From Fimbriosthenelais zetlandica (lineage: Eukaryota): DNA of 64,000 nt. Positions 1-13,830 of this stretch are shown one piece after another; position 1 is the stretch's first letter, and the number at the start of each line of letters is the position of its first letter. The notes beneath the pieces were generated by a model, which did not search any database, was not told where the DNA came from, and saw only the letters and a list, made by a program, of their open reading frames with translations. Both the position numbers and the translations under genes were made by a program. The DNA is taken from positions 20,026,001 to 20,090,000 of the forward strand of contig OZ365110.1 of NCBI GenBank assembly GCA_977030845.1. The letters are read 5' to 3'.

Positions 1-129
1 TGAATGGGCATGATTTCATTTGTGTTTAGGAAAAAAAGGGTAGATTATCTAATACATTAATGTCTCCTTTTACTGCTATGAGTTTTAATATTACGGTTGT
101 TCATCATAAAAGGAAGGGAATCATGTACA

Positions 130-260
130 GTGTGGGTCTGTTGGTGCTCTCAGATGGACATGCCTGACATTCTCCTCTGTCAGGCAAACAATGGTTTTAC
201 CAGGGCGTCCACAGCAATCCGATCACACTGCCTGTTGCCATGGTAACACTGCTTTTGCAT
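130..260 (-). mobile_element. Degenerate Tc1/mariner-like transposase N-terminal fragment
   Basis: The minus strand reads ATGSV, then after a frameshift DCCGRPGKTIVCLTEENVRHVHLRAPTDP. This resembles the mariner TGSV.D..RSGRP....EENV..V....DP region after the first HTH. Confidence 0.45.
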
Positions 261-1358
261 ATAAAGACGCGCCAAGTCCCTGCTATCATTTATAAAAGGC
301 TTGATTTTGGTCATTTGCATTGCAAATTACCCGTCCCAGGCTGGTATATTGCCTCTCGGTATACTGGGGGGAAGCAGATGCTGATAATCATGGAAGTGTC
401 ACAAAACAAACAGTCACTCTTGTTCAAGCTCAATATATGTCAGGTACAATATTTCCTCACTGGAAATAAACACCTGCTCTAGGGTCTTGGTAGGCATGTC
501 CTCCCCATCGCCCTCATCATTCTTGTACCCATCTCCATCCTCTTTGCATCCCTCCCCTTCTCCTTCAACCATCCCACACTGTTCAAAGTTCTAGACCCCA
601 GAATCTACCCCAAGATGAATGTTTCTTTCCCCGTTTCTTCCTTCTTTGTACTCTTATTTTCTCCTCTTTTAAAACATTTTTTTACCCAGGGTCTGAGCTA
701 TGAATTTTCCAACTTTCCTTTCCCATGCACACTTTATATGTCCTGTTGCATGCCATCACCACCCTAAACCCCCTTCTTGCTCTGTCAGACTGTTGAAAAC
801 AGATTTATCCGGCTTTCCGAATGCCATTAGGACATGACAGTTCCATTTCTGTTATTTTCCCAGAGAATAACAGAAGATATGACTGATATATTACATTGAA
901 AGCGGGATCCCAGATTTTGGGACATTTATCAATTAAGTGTAAGTGCACCCATCCAAGAAATGTCAGAAGGAAAATGCATTTCATTAGGGCAGATCCCATT
1001 CAATTGATCAAGCGTTTCCTTGTTAGCAGAAATACCCATATTCCACTCAGCAACAACGAAATAAAAACATCCCCAGTTCAGATTCTGGTCTGTCTTCCTC
1101 TTGTAGTGTTTTCACTAGCAATGCAGGAATGCAATGAATCATTGCTCGTGAGTGAATTAATTCAATGTGGATAATTTATCTGACTTTTTCTCATACCATT
1201 GATTCCTTAAGAAAGATTCATTTTACAGTTAGATCGTAAGGATGTCTTGTGTACGTTTGACTTATTTGTATTATCTGACATGCCCTCACCCACCATAATT
1301 GTTCTTGTGGTAATGTTTGGTGTTCTGTAGCTGGTATTGCGTCTCACATAAACGAATG

Positions 1359-1444
1359 TATAACGAATTGCTTTCATTTTTTCCAGGTAAGTTGCGTTAA
1401 TTCTTGGCAGAATGGAAAAACGTTTGCATGAAGAAGGGGTAAGA
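1359..1444 (+). promoter_or_regulatory. Putative recursive splice site 1 (3'SS/5'SS junction at 1386/1387) with 52-nt cryptic RS-exon 1387-1438
   Basis: TATAAC branch-like motif at 1359-1364, AG-free zone 1331-1384, ctttcattttttcCAG|GTAAGT, and a downstream donor GGG|GTAAGA at 1439. The cryptic exon has stops in all three frames. Confidence 0.72.
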
Positions 1445-3010
1445 AGATGATCGCTTTTTATAATATTGTCAATATTATCACACACCACTGGTCCTAACTG
1501 TAATTTATCAGTCATGGTAATTCACCCTCTGTCTTCCCTAAATTACAACAAAGTGCAAATGTCTAGGCATCCACAATAAGTTGTCTCCTCCATTTTAAAA
1601 TCTTCCAAACTCTTTTTGTGTAATGCTCCCTTCTTATGTTAATAAAAATGTATTCCTCCCTGAACCAGAAGCAGAGCTCATTCTGCAGTACTGGCTCCAT
1701 GAGAATACCATAAAATAGTTTATGAATATTGACAACATGATGATGCGACCGCTGCACTTTTAATTTTGACAATTCTGAAACAAACTTCATCTAATATTTC
1801 ATAAATATTTATGCCAATGATGTGAAAATATTTCTCATTTGGAAAGTACAATGCAAAGAAAAGGATGGGTTCATTAAAGTTCAATGTTGAATTTCGTCGC
1901 AAGAACAAGATGCCATTTTCTTCTCGCCATTTTTTCTTGAGAAGAAAATGGCATAAGTAATGAATGAATGAATGGTGATTTAACGCCATGCCAGCTGCTA
2001 AGGCATAAGTAGCTATCAGTTTTCACAGTAAGAAAGTAACTGGTGAAGGATGAATTTCTGTGTTTAATGCTTCCCCTGCTTGCCACCAGTTGTACACTTG
2101 TACCATTGAACAACACAAGATGACGCCCCGCATGGAGTTGCTCACGGAGCAACACATCCAGCGCTCTCCATCTTCTCGCTAGGTGGAGGCACGTTTCCTA
2201 CAGTTGACCCTGCCTCTCTATATTATACTCCCTGCTAACTACTCACAATAGAGGTCTCATAAAGCAGTGCTTTATTTATTGTTTTAGAGAAGCACTAAAT
2301 CTTCAGTGTGATATTCAACAACCTTAAACATTTTTGCCACTTCTGATAGGGACCTTATTTCATGAAAGACCTATAATTATTCAAACATCATTCAGGATAT
2401 TTATCTCGAATTTACACTTCTATACATTCTCACGCACCTCTTTTGGTTCGGGGTAGGCTATATAGTGACTGACTTATAATAAATATAAGGTCCACAAGGC
2501 CTTTTCCATTTCTAGATTAACAAACCCCAGGCCTCGAGACGATCAATGAATACTTATCAGTACTAGATTTTGTTCTTTGCTATCTCTATTTACTTTGATC
2601 ATTCAATGCATTTACTGCTAGTTGATCAAATACAGACCCTCCTTCAAGTGGTAAAACAGAACTGTCTCAGAAATCTCTGAAAAAAATGTAATATTGATTT
2701 GAATGTTTGCCTTTGAAAAAGAATTTGGCATTTTAAAAGGCAGTACTAAATGGACTGGCTTTGGTTGAGTAGACGACACATTAGTAGTTGCGGTTGAAGT
2801 AACTCTAGCTAAAAGTGTGGTTTCGCCCCTGTCTTGTTCGTAATGGCAGGCCATTGAAGAGCTGCTCGCTGCCCCTAGTGCTGTTGGTTTGTGCTTTTCT
2901 CACCCCGAAAAGTTGTCGTAATTGCTCGCTTTTTGCTCCATCCAAGATCTGGTGAGCTCCATCCGTTCCTGCTCTTCCGCTCGTTTTCTCCCATTTCTCC
3001 TCTCCCCTCA

Positions 3011-3067
3011 CTGTCTGTCTGTCTGTCTGTCTCTTTCGCTCTCTCTCTGTCTGTCTGTCTCTCTCTC
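3011..3067. repeat. (CTGT)n/(CT)n compound microsatellite
   Basis: Directly visible: ctgtctgtctgtctgtctgtctctttcgctctctctctgtctgtctgtctctctctc. Confidence 0.95.
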
Positions 3068-3329
3068 GGCACAAAGATCAGGGAGCTTTAAACAAGAACG
3101 TGCCTCTATCGATTGAGTGAGAAAAGCCCCTCATTTAAGCCTACTTCAGCCATTCAGCTTGGATTCAGTATCTTATTTTACCAGTGCTGACTGTCCATTA
3201 TTGAGCACAGCTACATCACAAAGACACTCTGACGCAAGTGTGCATTGTCCTAGAACAACATTCAATGCCTTTTGTTTCAGCCATGCTGCGTTCTCCAAGC
3301 TCGCTGAATAAAGTTATTGTAAGGATTAC

Positions 3330-3575
3330 AAAATATAAAATAAGACGCCGATTGATGCATTCCCACCACTCATCTGCTCTCCGTTAGATTGATTTTCCAT
3401 TGTTAAATAATTATGAGGATTAACTGATTAACCAGAAATGAATTTAGAGATCAATTTGAGCCTTGCATAAGGATTTATTTTCATTCGTTTCTAAACTGTG
3501 CAAACAAAAATTGACTTTCTACAGTAAAGTCAACATGAAATATCTCCTATAGCTTCTCATTGATTGATTTCATTT
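3330..3575. promoter_or_regulatory. Candidate cis-regulatory island (PBX/HOX-like motif cluster)
   Basis: TGATTGAT at 3561-3568 plus nearby GATTGAT, TGATTAA and GATTTAT variants in sequence with no recognisable repeat. Motif evidence only. Confidence 0.3.
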
Positions 3576-6500
3576 CTTGCCCTCAAGTAACCTGTCGCCT
3601 ATGATAATATCGCTGTGGACTCCTATTACATATATGCACACGCTCCAAAGGCAAACAGTCCAATTCCAGCAGAGCGCCAACCCTGACCTCAGAACCATCC
3701 CATTCATATCGCTTGGTTAAAAGGCATTGTCTTATTAGAGTGCTTTCTCTAATACTCTCCACAGATGAAAGGTATTAACTTCCTCTCTTCATCTATTGGA
3801 ACTCTCAAGGGACAATTCCAGGTCCTAATTGCTTTTAAATGTGCAATTATATCTAATTCACCTAACAGATAACTGACTCTGCTTTTAGTTCTATAGCTTT
3901 GCCTTGGTATAATACAGCTATATTGTTCCTACATTCACCAAAGTAAAGCAAAGGATCTGCTTTGCTTTAGATGCTGCAAAGAGCCCTGTCATTGTGACAT
4001 CCTGGCCTGACGTGCGCCTCTGACGATAGGTGTCGCAGGGTCAAAGATCAAACCACTTCCGTCCTCCACTGGACAAATCAATGACGAGTGATTTATGACA
4101 CGAAAAGAAAACGGAATTGAATTGCAATCTGGAAAGCATTGCTGATGGGAGTCGTGGCAATTTCTCAATCTGAAAATGAACTGCATTCTCGTTTTGACCA
4201 TTTTAATTTCTTTTATCACTATAGAGAATATTGAGGAATTTGTAATTGACCATTTCATGATTGAAAAATGTTCCCCTATTGCCCGCACTTATATGTAAAT
4301 TTATATATATATATATGGCATACTTATCGATGCAGGTCTGTATTGCATTAGTTGACCATTTTCTATAGAAATTCTGTCTGGAGACGACATTCGTTTAGCA
4401 TCATATTTTACTTAATGCATGTTTCCTATATAAAAGGCATTAATAAGAAAACAATCTAATAAAGCAGAGTGGGAGAGGGAAGAGTGAAATATTGATGTTG
4501 TGACTATTAGTACGACAGGCCTGCTTGATGCTAGTGTTTCCAGGCTGGTTAGGCCTCATTCACCCAATACTGTCCCCCGGGCTTTTAGCCATGAAACATA
4601 CATATATACTCACGCATTGGTCACTGGCGGTATAAACGCTTGATGGTCAGACACACTGCTACAATATTTCACATGTCATCCCAGCTATGCAAACAGGTGG
4701 CCCCATGATGAAATTGTTTTCCAAATGTGGTCAGTGTTTTAGGTCAGCCATAGCCATGAAGGTTATGAGAGCAAAATTTGATTCGGTCTCGTAACATAAC
4801 AGGATGGTGTCCTCAGCCCATGAATAAATTACTCTTCTATCATGGAATTATTTTTGTTAGGAAATTTGTGAGTCGATTTCAATTAATCTTGATTGTAATT
4901 AGGGCATGCACGTGTGACAATGCAGTGCCATATGTTCCCTTTTAGCATTTGTTCTGTAGTTTCCGTCAATAAACATTGAATAAAAGGATCATTAACGGTT
5001 TTAAGCGCAAGGAATTTTCTATTAGCTTTTTCTTGTGCTGGCTAATGCATCTAGATGCCGGCTAAAATATCCCTAATCTTGATATGCTAAAATCAAATTT
5101 ATTGATGATTGAGGGCAATATCCTGGCAGCATACAATGAAGAACCAAGGATGACCATGATTCGTGACTATATTAAAGAAAAAGCTTTAGGCGTTGACTGC
5201 TTGAAAGGTTGACAAATAAAACAATGTTTACCATGCACTCAACTTGTTGGGACAGGATCTGGGTTGTGCAATGGGCGTCAAATAGCATTTAGCAGAAATA
5301 AATCAGGGCCATCATGAATAAGATGCCTTGTCTTTTCCCATTAACTCTAGAAGTCAATGACCTGATAAGATTACCATTAATGAGATGGCACATCCATTCA
5401 GGTCTGATGCCTCCCTCCTCAAGATTGATCATGTCAAGGCTGATCTATAATATTCCCCCATGCAGGTCATTGGAATATATTTGCCCATGGTGAATTGAAT
5501 TCAATATTCAATATTCCTCGTTTTGTCCTTGCAATCTGCTGCTCCAGTTTCTTGCTTGTAATGCCAAAAGGCATGACCTCCTTGTGAAAATTGGGTTTGC
5601 ATTGTGAATAATCCCGTGGCTGATTTGGTGTTCTACGTCAAATAGCATTTCAGTGACATAAAGCAGTTGTCTCGTTTGCAAAACCCTGAAGGTGGCATGT
5701 ATTGCAGATGCCCTTTTATTATCTATAGATATATTATGCTTTTATAGGAGTTGCATGATGCATCTGAAGATCAATTCAAAGACCCATATGGTTTACATAT
5801 TATGGTAATGCTCTCGATATATGAAGTGAATATTAATATTTTTAAAGCTATATAACATTAGGATTATAACCATTTGCCACATCCTGTCTACCTTTATGCT
5901 AATACGGTATCAATCGATCGTCGAAAAGGCCCCAGAAGATCAGATTCCAGGACCGTTTGTGCTGTACAAATGAGGCCTCACCGTTGGGTATAATACAAGT
6001 CGGGAAGAGGACAGTGAGTTTCTCACACTGAGCGTCTCCCATGGTCTAGATCAACATGATCTGACACGGGGAAGGTGGGCTTCAACCTCTAGGGGGATAT
6101 TGTCTTACTTACACCTTCATCTCCCGCCAGGCAAACTGTCATGTTTGCACAAGGATGTCCTGGAGAAAAAAATATATACTGATTTTCTCTGTCAACTCCT
6201 GCATCTTGTTCTTCCCCCAAAAGATACAAGCTGCAATTGACAGGAGTTCTGACAAAAAATGTTAGATAGGATTAGATAGAATGGAGATTCTGAGGATTTA
6301 TTTGATTCCCTAAACCTCTTTGTGTATTCATGGAATATGATATTTTCCTAATCTGTACCTCAGAGATGGATGGTAAGATGAGAATTGGATTTTCACTCCG
6401 GGATTCTCAAGATAATTAATATTGTATGTTGTATGAGGCAAATAATGAGACTCATCTCTCCTACATTCTTTTGACCAATTTGGACTATATAACATGGGTT

Positions 6501-8025
6501 AATGGCTAAATGCCATTTATCCAGGTTATTTTTTCATTTGTATATCATAATGTAATGTATCTATTTAACCTTTTGCCAAGGTCCAATCAACATGCAACTA
6601 TATAACTGGAATGGATCATATTACATTATGCCCTTTTGCCAAATGTCACTGCTAGAAATATGTTGCTCTCAACTGTGCTCTTATGGGGCCTTTAGGAAAC
6701 CCCGCCAGTGCAAGTAGCAAGTCAAGGTGGGTACTCAATTATACTAATGGCTTGCTTCAATACCTGCCTTCTTGCAAGATTTCCTTCTGCCTGGTTGCTG
6801 GTAAATCTAATGCATGAGAGACGCATGGTCAAATCTCAACACGGCCCCAGCAAAAGCCTTATGATGTCAGTCTTGCCTCAGAGGCCTCAGGTGATTTTGT
6901 GAATCTCGGAAGCAATTGCTCATTTGGCATTCCGAGTCTTTCCCCCCAGGAGGTATTGGGATTTCAGTCCAATAACAGATCTTTCATTGGCCATAATATG
7001 TTCCCATTGCCTGGGACTGAAGGGCTTCCATAATGCTCCATCCATATAAAACCCATTTTGCCCTTGGTTGAATTGTTATCAATAGTCTTATCAAAGAGTT
7101 AAAGCCAATATGCCATATGATAAGGGGTTGCTAGTAATATCCAAATGATTGCATTAGAGATCTACGATTGCTTACCAAAGCCTGCATCAGCCCCTATTCC
7201 CATGCATGGTAAATTGAAACAGGTTGAAATAACTGATAGTTGCTCTCCAGTAACCTTTCTGAAATGAATGTCAAAAACTACACCAAAGATATTATGTACA
7301 AATCAAAAACTAGGCGAGTTGAATTTGAAAATGCATCAAGAGAGCATTAAACAGTCTGAGACTCCTGATCTTCCTACTCATAGATACATTATAAGCCCCG
7401 AGATGGAGGCATCCAATCTTCTGAAAGGGTACTTTATCAAGATGCCCTTTTGGCTGAGGAACAGGACTTTGGACTGTATGATTAGGCTGTGAAGATAATC
7501 AGCGCCACCATTAGCTAATGGTAAAGTTCCCACTCATCTATTCAATCCTTACTTAAAACCTCTATATATTATATTTTGGCCTACTTGTTTTGATTTATTC
7601 TATATGATATGGGCCCAAAAACTGAACCAAAGTATTGAAATATTGTACTTGACCAGGATTCACATTTGTGCATAGATTCTGATATGTGGTTCCATCCTGG
7701 TACATATAATTCCCTCGAGCCAAAGTGTGGCCAGGTAGCTATTACATACAGGAGGTGGTATCAATTACATGCATCAAATAGGTACAGTATGAAAGCTCTG
7801 CATGCTCTTGCATCAGAGAATCCTAATTGCTACTATTACCTCTAAGCCATGTTAGTCTCTCTTACCATCTCTCCCCTTTCGTATTCCTCGCCTGGCAAGA
7901 AGCTAGCAGGAATAGCATACTGATATCGAATACACCGAATAATTCTCATTTAGTTTCCCATCCTGCCCATTGCACATGCCTTGTCACCAAGACAACCTGA
8001 CCTGTAGTGTATCCGTCAGGGATTG

Positions 8026-8053
8026 CCCCCCTCACCCCCCCCCCCCCACCCCC
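8026..8053. repeat. C-rich homopolymer tract (G-run on the minus strand)
   Basis: Directly visible interrupted poly-C: ccccccctcacccccccccccccaccccc. Confidence 0.9.
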
Positions 8054-8149
8054 ATATCGTGAGGTGTATGAGAGTTGCATTCATGAGTCGACGCTTGGAG
8101 ACCTGGCAAAAGGGCCCCACCTATTGGCCTGGCATCCTTTCAATTCACT

Positions 8150-8250
8150 GCATGTAAGACCAATCTACCAGAGCGTGTTTGCTGCGGAAGCAATTTTCCC
8201 ACCTGTGTTAGACAGTTAGACCTTGTTTGTATCTGTGCCAAGACTCAGCC
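8150..8250 (+). mobile_element. Highly degenerate CR1/L2-type endonuclease fragment
   Basis: Reads FPTCVRQLDLVC, similar to the EEP endonuclease PTR...LDLV motif. Short match. Confidence 0.3.
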
Positions 8251-9379
8251 AGGCAGGTATTTTTTCCCTGTCTGCGTTTCTGGCAAAATAGGGATAGCGC
8301 AAAGCATTGGCTTTTAATGCATGGAAGTGGTTGATACTCATCATTCATTTTGAGGTGTCTTTTGGGAGGAATACTAAAATATTGAGAACGATTTGTGCCA
8401 GGTTTTCTGGCTGTGTAGGCCATATTGCCCAAGACAGATGAGTGGTAAAATACCCCCAAATGTCTCCCCTCAATTTATATTTTTTCTGACCTCGTGATTT
8501 TCTAGATTGTGACATTGCTCTCCGGGGCCCGGTTATCTGTGGACAATTATTGAAAAATTGAACCAGATTTCCACCAAAGGTGATGGAGATTGCCTTTTAA
8601 ATTCAATTCCACACTGCCTCATTCCAATGGCAGTCGTTTTTTCGTCATCGCTCTAACGCATTGGTTCAGCTCTCATTCCACAATTAAATCCTTTCTTTAA
8701 AGTAAACCTCCAACCTCATGGCGAAGTAAATCAAAATATCACGTGGAAGAAAAAGCCATTTTCAATTTGCTTCAAATAATTAACAGTAGCGAGTGGAGTA
8801 ATGGAAATTGTGTTCATCCCATCGCCCAGCCTGTCCTTCCACGCACACATGACTGCCCTAAGCAGCTAAGCCTGTGAAAAGTACAATTACTGCCAATCTG
8901 GCCCGGAATCCAGGTCCTAACTCTCAGCCCCCAACATTTCTTGCAGCTCTCATGATGAATGTGATATCATTTTTTCCCTTCCATGCAGCATCCATCAATT
9001 ATAATCTAACATATCCCATAATTTTGCTATTAAAAGCAAATTAAGGCGCTCCTTCCCATACTAAAATGAATACAAACAAAGGAATGTCAATTTTTCGTTT
9101 TGCTTCTGTTTTGGGACATTAGTTTAGTTAACCGATCATGAAAACTTGTCGGTAGAAGGCTGAAGCTTGATTAAAAATAAAACCTTTCGTGCCAAGGTCC
9201 AATGATGTAAATCATTCAGTGGCACTTTTACACTTGGGACAGCTCGTAAGAGTTAATGTGAAGTCTAAGAAGAAGCCAAATGTTTCCCTTTAGCCCTTTA
9301 GTGGAGCACCTGCTACACTCGGTTTATGATGGCCATGATGTATTTGTCTCATATTCTTTTACATTATGAGAGAGATGCT

Positions 9380-9830
9380 GGAGAGGAGACACACATCTGG
9401 TAGTTTTCCTATATCCATCGTGGTATATAAGCTTAGGGCCTTTCACAATAAAAGGACACACAATATGAGGGAAATGGTGCATGGCAAGCCACTGCAATTA
9501 TTAGCTCTGGGAGGAATGGCCATTCACCCACATGCAAGCAACTTAAAGCCAGTGGAAATAATCCCCCGTCCACTTCCCCTAAAATATTAACCATCACTTG
9601 GCCACATCTATTGAGCCGAGCACGAGCCAAAACTATATCCCTCTGCCCACCCATGCAACCCATTGCCATCATTTCGCTCCCCTCCTTCCTTTCCATCCAG
9701 TGCTGAGCCATGGTATATTCAAATGCAGGGCCATGGAGATGTGCAGTTGATGGAGGGGACCCCCCTAACAGCATTCTCTGGACAGGTTTGCACCACTGCC
9801 TTAGATAGTAGGTTTCCATGGTAACGCTGG
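9380..9830 (-). mobile_element. Degenerate DIRS-like (Ngaro-type) retrotransposon RT/RNase H remnant
   Basis: Across frames: WQWVAWVGRGI*F, then SIDVAK*WLIF*GKW, then PELIIAVACHAPFPSYCVSFYCERP. This resembles WW..FL..WNG.S.F / TDAS..G.GA.F.G.W / LELYPIVVA..WG...I.FHCDN. Confidence 0.42.
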
Positions 9831-11999
9831 CTGTACGACCACCTCTTCTGTCCCCCTATTGGATCAGGGATATTTCCTAAGCTAAATTCCTCCACGCTTG
9901 CCAGGCCTATAGGTATTGTCATATTGTCACGCAGGGGGACACTTTAAAGCCCACTGCCCGTCCTACCTGACTTCCAACACAGCTTCTGGAGATTATTATC
10001 CTGAATAATGGGGTCATATTGCTACCTCAGGTGTTTTATTCCCCAGTGGTTGAGATGAGACAAAGGGATAGATCTGGGCTGCAAGGCACCTTCAATGCAA
10101 CCATCTTTTATTGATGGGGAACATCAATTGCTATTGCTTGTCCACCAATCACACTTTCACTATATATATGTAATTAACACATTGCGGAAATTAAAATTAG
10201 TGTTTAAGTCTGAAAATTGTAGGCTTATAAAGCACACTCATGTAGAACCACTTGAATGTACATTCAATGAGATGTGCTTTCGATTACCAATGTTCAGATC
10301 CTTGAGTAATGCAATAGGGTCTGTCTGAAATTCCTTTATCCTCCAATTTAAAACAGGGAAACCAATATTCGCGAAATCCTTTAATGGATGGGAACAGAGT
10401 GGAAACTGGTTAGTCCCATTTACCTCTGGGAAAGTACGCATATTTTTTCCTGGAAAATCCGATGAAATTGAAATTGGGAGAATATAGATGAAGGGGAGAG
10501 CTGTAATGGGATTTTAGTAAAAATTGAATCTAAAACTTTTTAAAAGCTTTGTTCTGTGTTTCAGCGTTCAGATCTCCACCTTCTCTATCTAATGAGGGTT
10601 CAGTATATTTTAGCCGGGCCTCCGGTTGACAGGTTCAGAGATTAGCAAACATTTGCATGCAATCGGTCTACAAAATGACTAAAGTGCCCTTGGAAGTGGA
10701 TGTTTTTTATTCGAGACCTGACTAAGGACAGATTCAATCATTTGCGACAGAAGAATATATGAGGAAATTCTTTATTCTTTGGCTGTAAATGATGGAGAAG
10801 ATCTCTGCACCTTTTGAAGTTTCCTGAAGTTACCTTTGACATCATTGGTGAGTTAATTAACATGCCCAATTTTCACAAAAACTTGTCAGGCCAAGATGCT
10901 CCCAGCCCATAGCATTATTATTATTGGTTAATTTTATTTTGAGTCATACATGGGCCCCAGATTATAATTTTTTGATGACTGTTCATGAGAGTTGACCATC
11001 TCTAGATACATTATCTGTTAGTTTCAGAGTTAGACAACATGATCTAGTTTCCACCCACCCACACGTCCAATCTTCATGTAGGACATGTGTTTAGTATTAT
11101 ATTATAGTGTATAACAGAATGTAGCAGATGGTCAGAGCTGAAATAGCATCCATGCATAGATCCATCCTATTGTACAATGTAATATATATTAGAGCAGCTG
11201 CAAAACTGTTTTATTTCAACGGGAGGGAGATAAATTTCCGAAGAGGAATATCATTAGTTATATTGGTCATGATTTATTCCACAATTGAAGCATCTGTACC
11301 ACTCCATACCATCACCAGCCATACGGGCGAAAATCTTATCTATTATTTCTGATCTGAGTTATGCATAATGAATCTTATTGACATCGCCACATATCGATGG
11401 CCTATTTTGCCTGGTTAAATTGCCTCATTCGTTCACAAAGGCATGAATTCTGCTTTTCAGGGGTTTGTGAATACATCGTGCCTTTGCTTAACAAACAGTT
11501 ATTCCAGTACAGGTGCAAAGCCAGATGCAGTTTAGTCACACTCCTCTTTATTTGAAGGGGGACGTGACAGAAATATAATCTCGTATTTTGTACGTGTTTG
11601 ATAGTTTTCATGTACAGAACGCTTGTGCATTATTCTGCTGTAAAAAAGTACACTTATGTCCAGATGATATATATAAGCTGGTCTCTGCATGCTGGCTTTA
11701 AACATGGCTGATGGTCCAATGTTGTCATTGCGATTATCCATCCATCCATCAGTTAATACACGACCATCTATATCATAGAGTCCTCAGCACTCTGGACGTT
11801 CGTCGTGGAGAGGTGGGGCGTTGAGGTGGCCTCCACACAGCTCCTGTCAACAACACAGGAGGCGGCGGCAGGGACGGGTGTGTTGGAGAGGAGGAGTGTG
11901 GCAGAGACACAGTGAGCTGCTGGAGGAGTAGTAGAAGGAGGAGGAGTAGGAGGAGAGCAGGGGACTCCAGACAGGGAAGCAAGAAACACGCTGCACACT

Positions 12000-13460
12000 G
12001 GAGCAGCCCTCCTATATTGCAGCAGGCAACCATTGCTTACTAGGGAAAAGCCAGCAAGGTGTAGCAAGAAGACATTAGCAATATATCAGGACAGCCTCAC
12101 TAAATCATCACCCAGGGTGGTCATTTTTTCACACTGGAGCAAGTGGACATTGGTACTCCTCTTGAGCTGAGTTACAAACTAGCTGCCGCATGTCGACAAG
12201 CGATATATTTATAACTCTGCCCTGTGCCCTCGGCCTTGGATGGTCTGCTGAACATTGTCATACCTCATGGAAAAACCTTCCCGTGTCTCATCTGAAAATA
12301 ATAATGATTGCTTGAGGAAACGTTGGGGAAGAAGACAAGCAGGAAGCCATCCTTCATAGTATATCCACTACCGCTACCTCGTCCATCATTTGCGCACTAG
12401 AGAAATCGCTGTCTTCAGTTTTGAATGTCGTGGGTGGCGTTGGTGCGAGTTGCTATCTTCAAAGTGAGAGACATGATTTGTCGCTGGAGGTGGATAAGCC
12501 ACCCACAAGAGGCCTGTCATTGTTACTGGGGGCATCCTCACCAAGACCACTCACTCAACTGGTGGTCAGGCGTGATAAAAAGCTGCTGTATTCTTCACTG
12601 CCCCGGTGTTATCATTGATATACATTCAAATTAGCTGACAAATCTCCATCCAGATCACATGGGGTAAAGCAACTCCCAAGATTCCATACGTCGCAGTGTA
12701 TTCAGTTGCTTTTTGTTTGGTCATATGCTGCTGGATGTGTAGCCTATCATTTGGGGAAAATTGTGCTGTTAGTTTTTACGTACCAGCTGCCCATAGGTCG
12801 TGTCAAAGACTGGCAATTCAAAAGCCATTATATGACGAGGAGAGAAAAAACGGGGCCACTAATGCTTCAGTAACGTGCCATTTGCTTGGAATATTTCCCA
12901 CCGTTATTGATCACCGTTTTATATGAGTTAAGGAGACAGGTGCAGCCGAGGAAGGCTCCTTCCCACAGTTGGATCATCTCCCACATCGATATCAATGTGC
13001 TCTACCAATTGATTTTCAGCATAAAACTTGAGGTGGGCGTAAGTGGTTTGAACATTGGGAAGTTTTACAGAATTACCCATGCTAGGCCCCAAGCCTTGCC
13101 TATCAGTGTTTGAATATCTACTGGTCCAACAGACCATACAGCCCCAAGGATATTTGGATGGTTTGCTCTCTGCTTGCTCGCATGCTCAAGGGAAAATGCC
13201 CTGTAAATACAAGAATAGTGTTTAGTTGATGGAAACGCTGAATCGCTGCTGGTGGAGCAGTGCTCCAACATTACAATTAACTCACCAGGGTCTGTGTTGG
13301 TGTGATTGATATTCTGATAGCACCAACTGTGGGTGAACGTGTCCAAACTGCAAGGTAAATTGGCCATCATTCTGCACACACCAAACCTATTGGTCATGCC
13401 TATATTAATATCATTATCTCCATTGACTTGTGGCTCAGAAAACAAGGTTTTAGAACTGCT
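12000..13460 (-). mobile_element. Degenerate L2/CR1-clade LINE (endonuclease to N-terminal RT)
   Basis: The minus strand gives, in order, NGDNDINI (GDFNI-like), VAVVDIL*RMASCLSSSPTFP, DTGRFF, DMRQLVCN (NYRPIS-like), HPG**FSEAVL and FLLHLAGFSLVSNGCLL (LLDLSAAFDTVDH.ILL-like). Motifs are collinear but heavily decayed. Confidence 0.5.
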
Positions 13461-13699
13461 CACTTGCTCCTGGTCATGCTAAAGCCTTGAGTTGATGCCA
13501 GTGAACAGTTGCAGTGCCTATTACACCTGTAAAGGCAAACCTCTACCTGAGGTTCCTCATATAATACAAAATCTACAACTCGACATCTTACCCGAAAGTG
13601 CTGCTTGATAAAAACATTGGCCACACCTGTGGAATTAAGGAACTAGGCTACACCCTCAAGGCAAATGCATAGAAATAGATTGTACGGATTAAGGTACTA

Positions 13700-13830
13700 C
13701 TTCAGGCTGATCAAATGGGACTTATTCAGGATAAGGTACTTCGCAAGCCAAGCATAGGTGATTATATTATGCTAAACAGCGACTTTAATTGCATGTCCAC
13801 CAATTTCAAGTATCATTACACCAGCTCTAT
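13700..13830 (+). mobile_element. LINE apurinic endonuclease fragment
   Basis: GDYIMLNSDFNCM resembles the IILGGDFNC motif. Isolated motif. Confidence 0.3.

Noticed and set aside
864-938. 75-nt segment with a good acceptor and a GTAAGT donor
   Set aside because: Stops in all three frames and a weak exonic donor context (AGT|GT). At most a cryptic exon, and not a composite site.
7387-7422. RRLDASISGLIMY, similar to the RluA pseudouridine synthase HRLD..TSG motif
   Set aside because: An in-frame stop follows immediately, the other motifs are absent and there is no exon structure. Likely chance.
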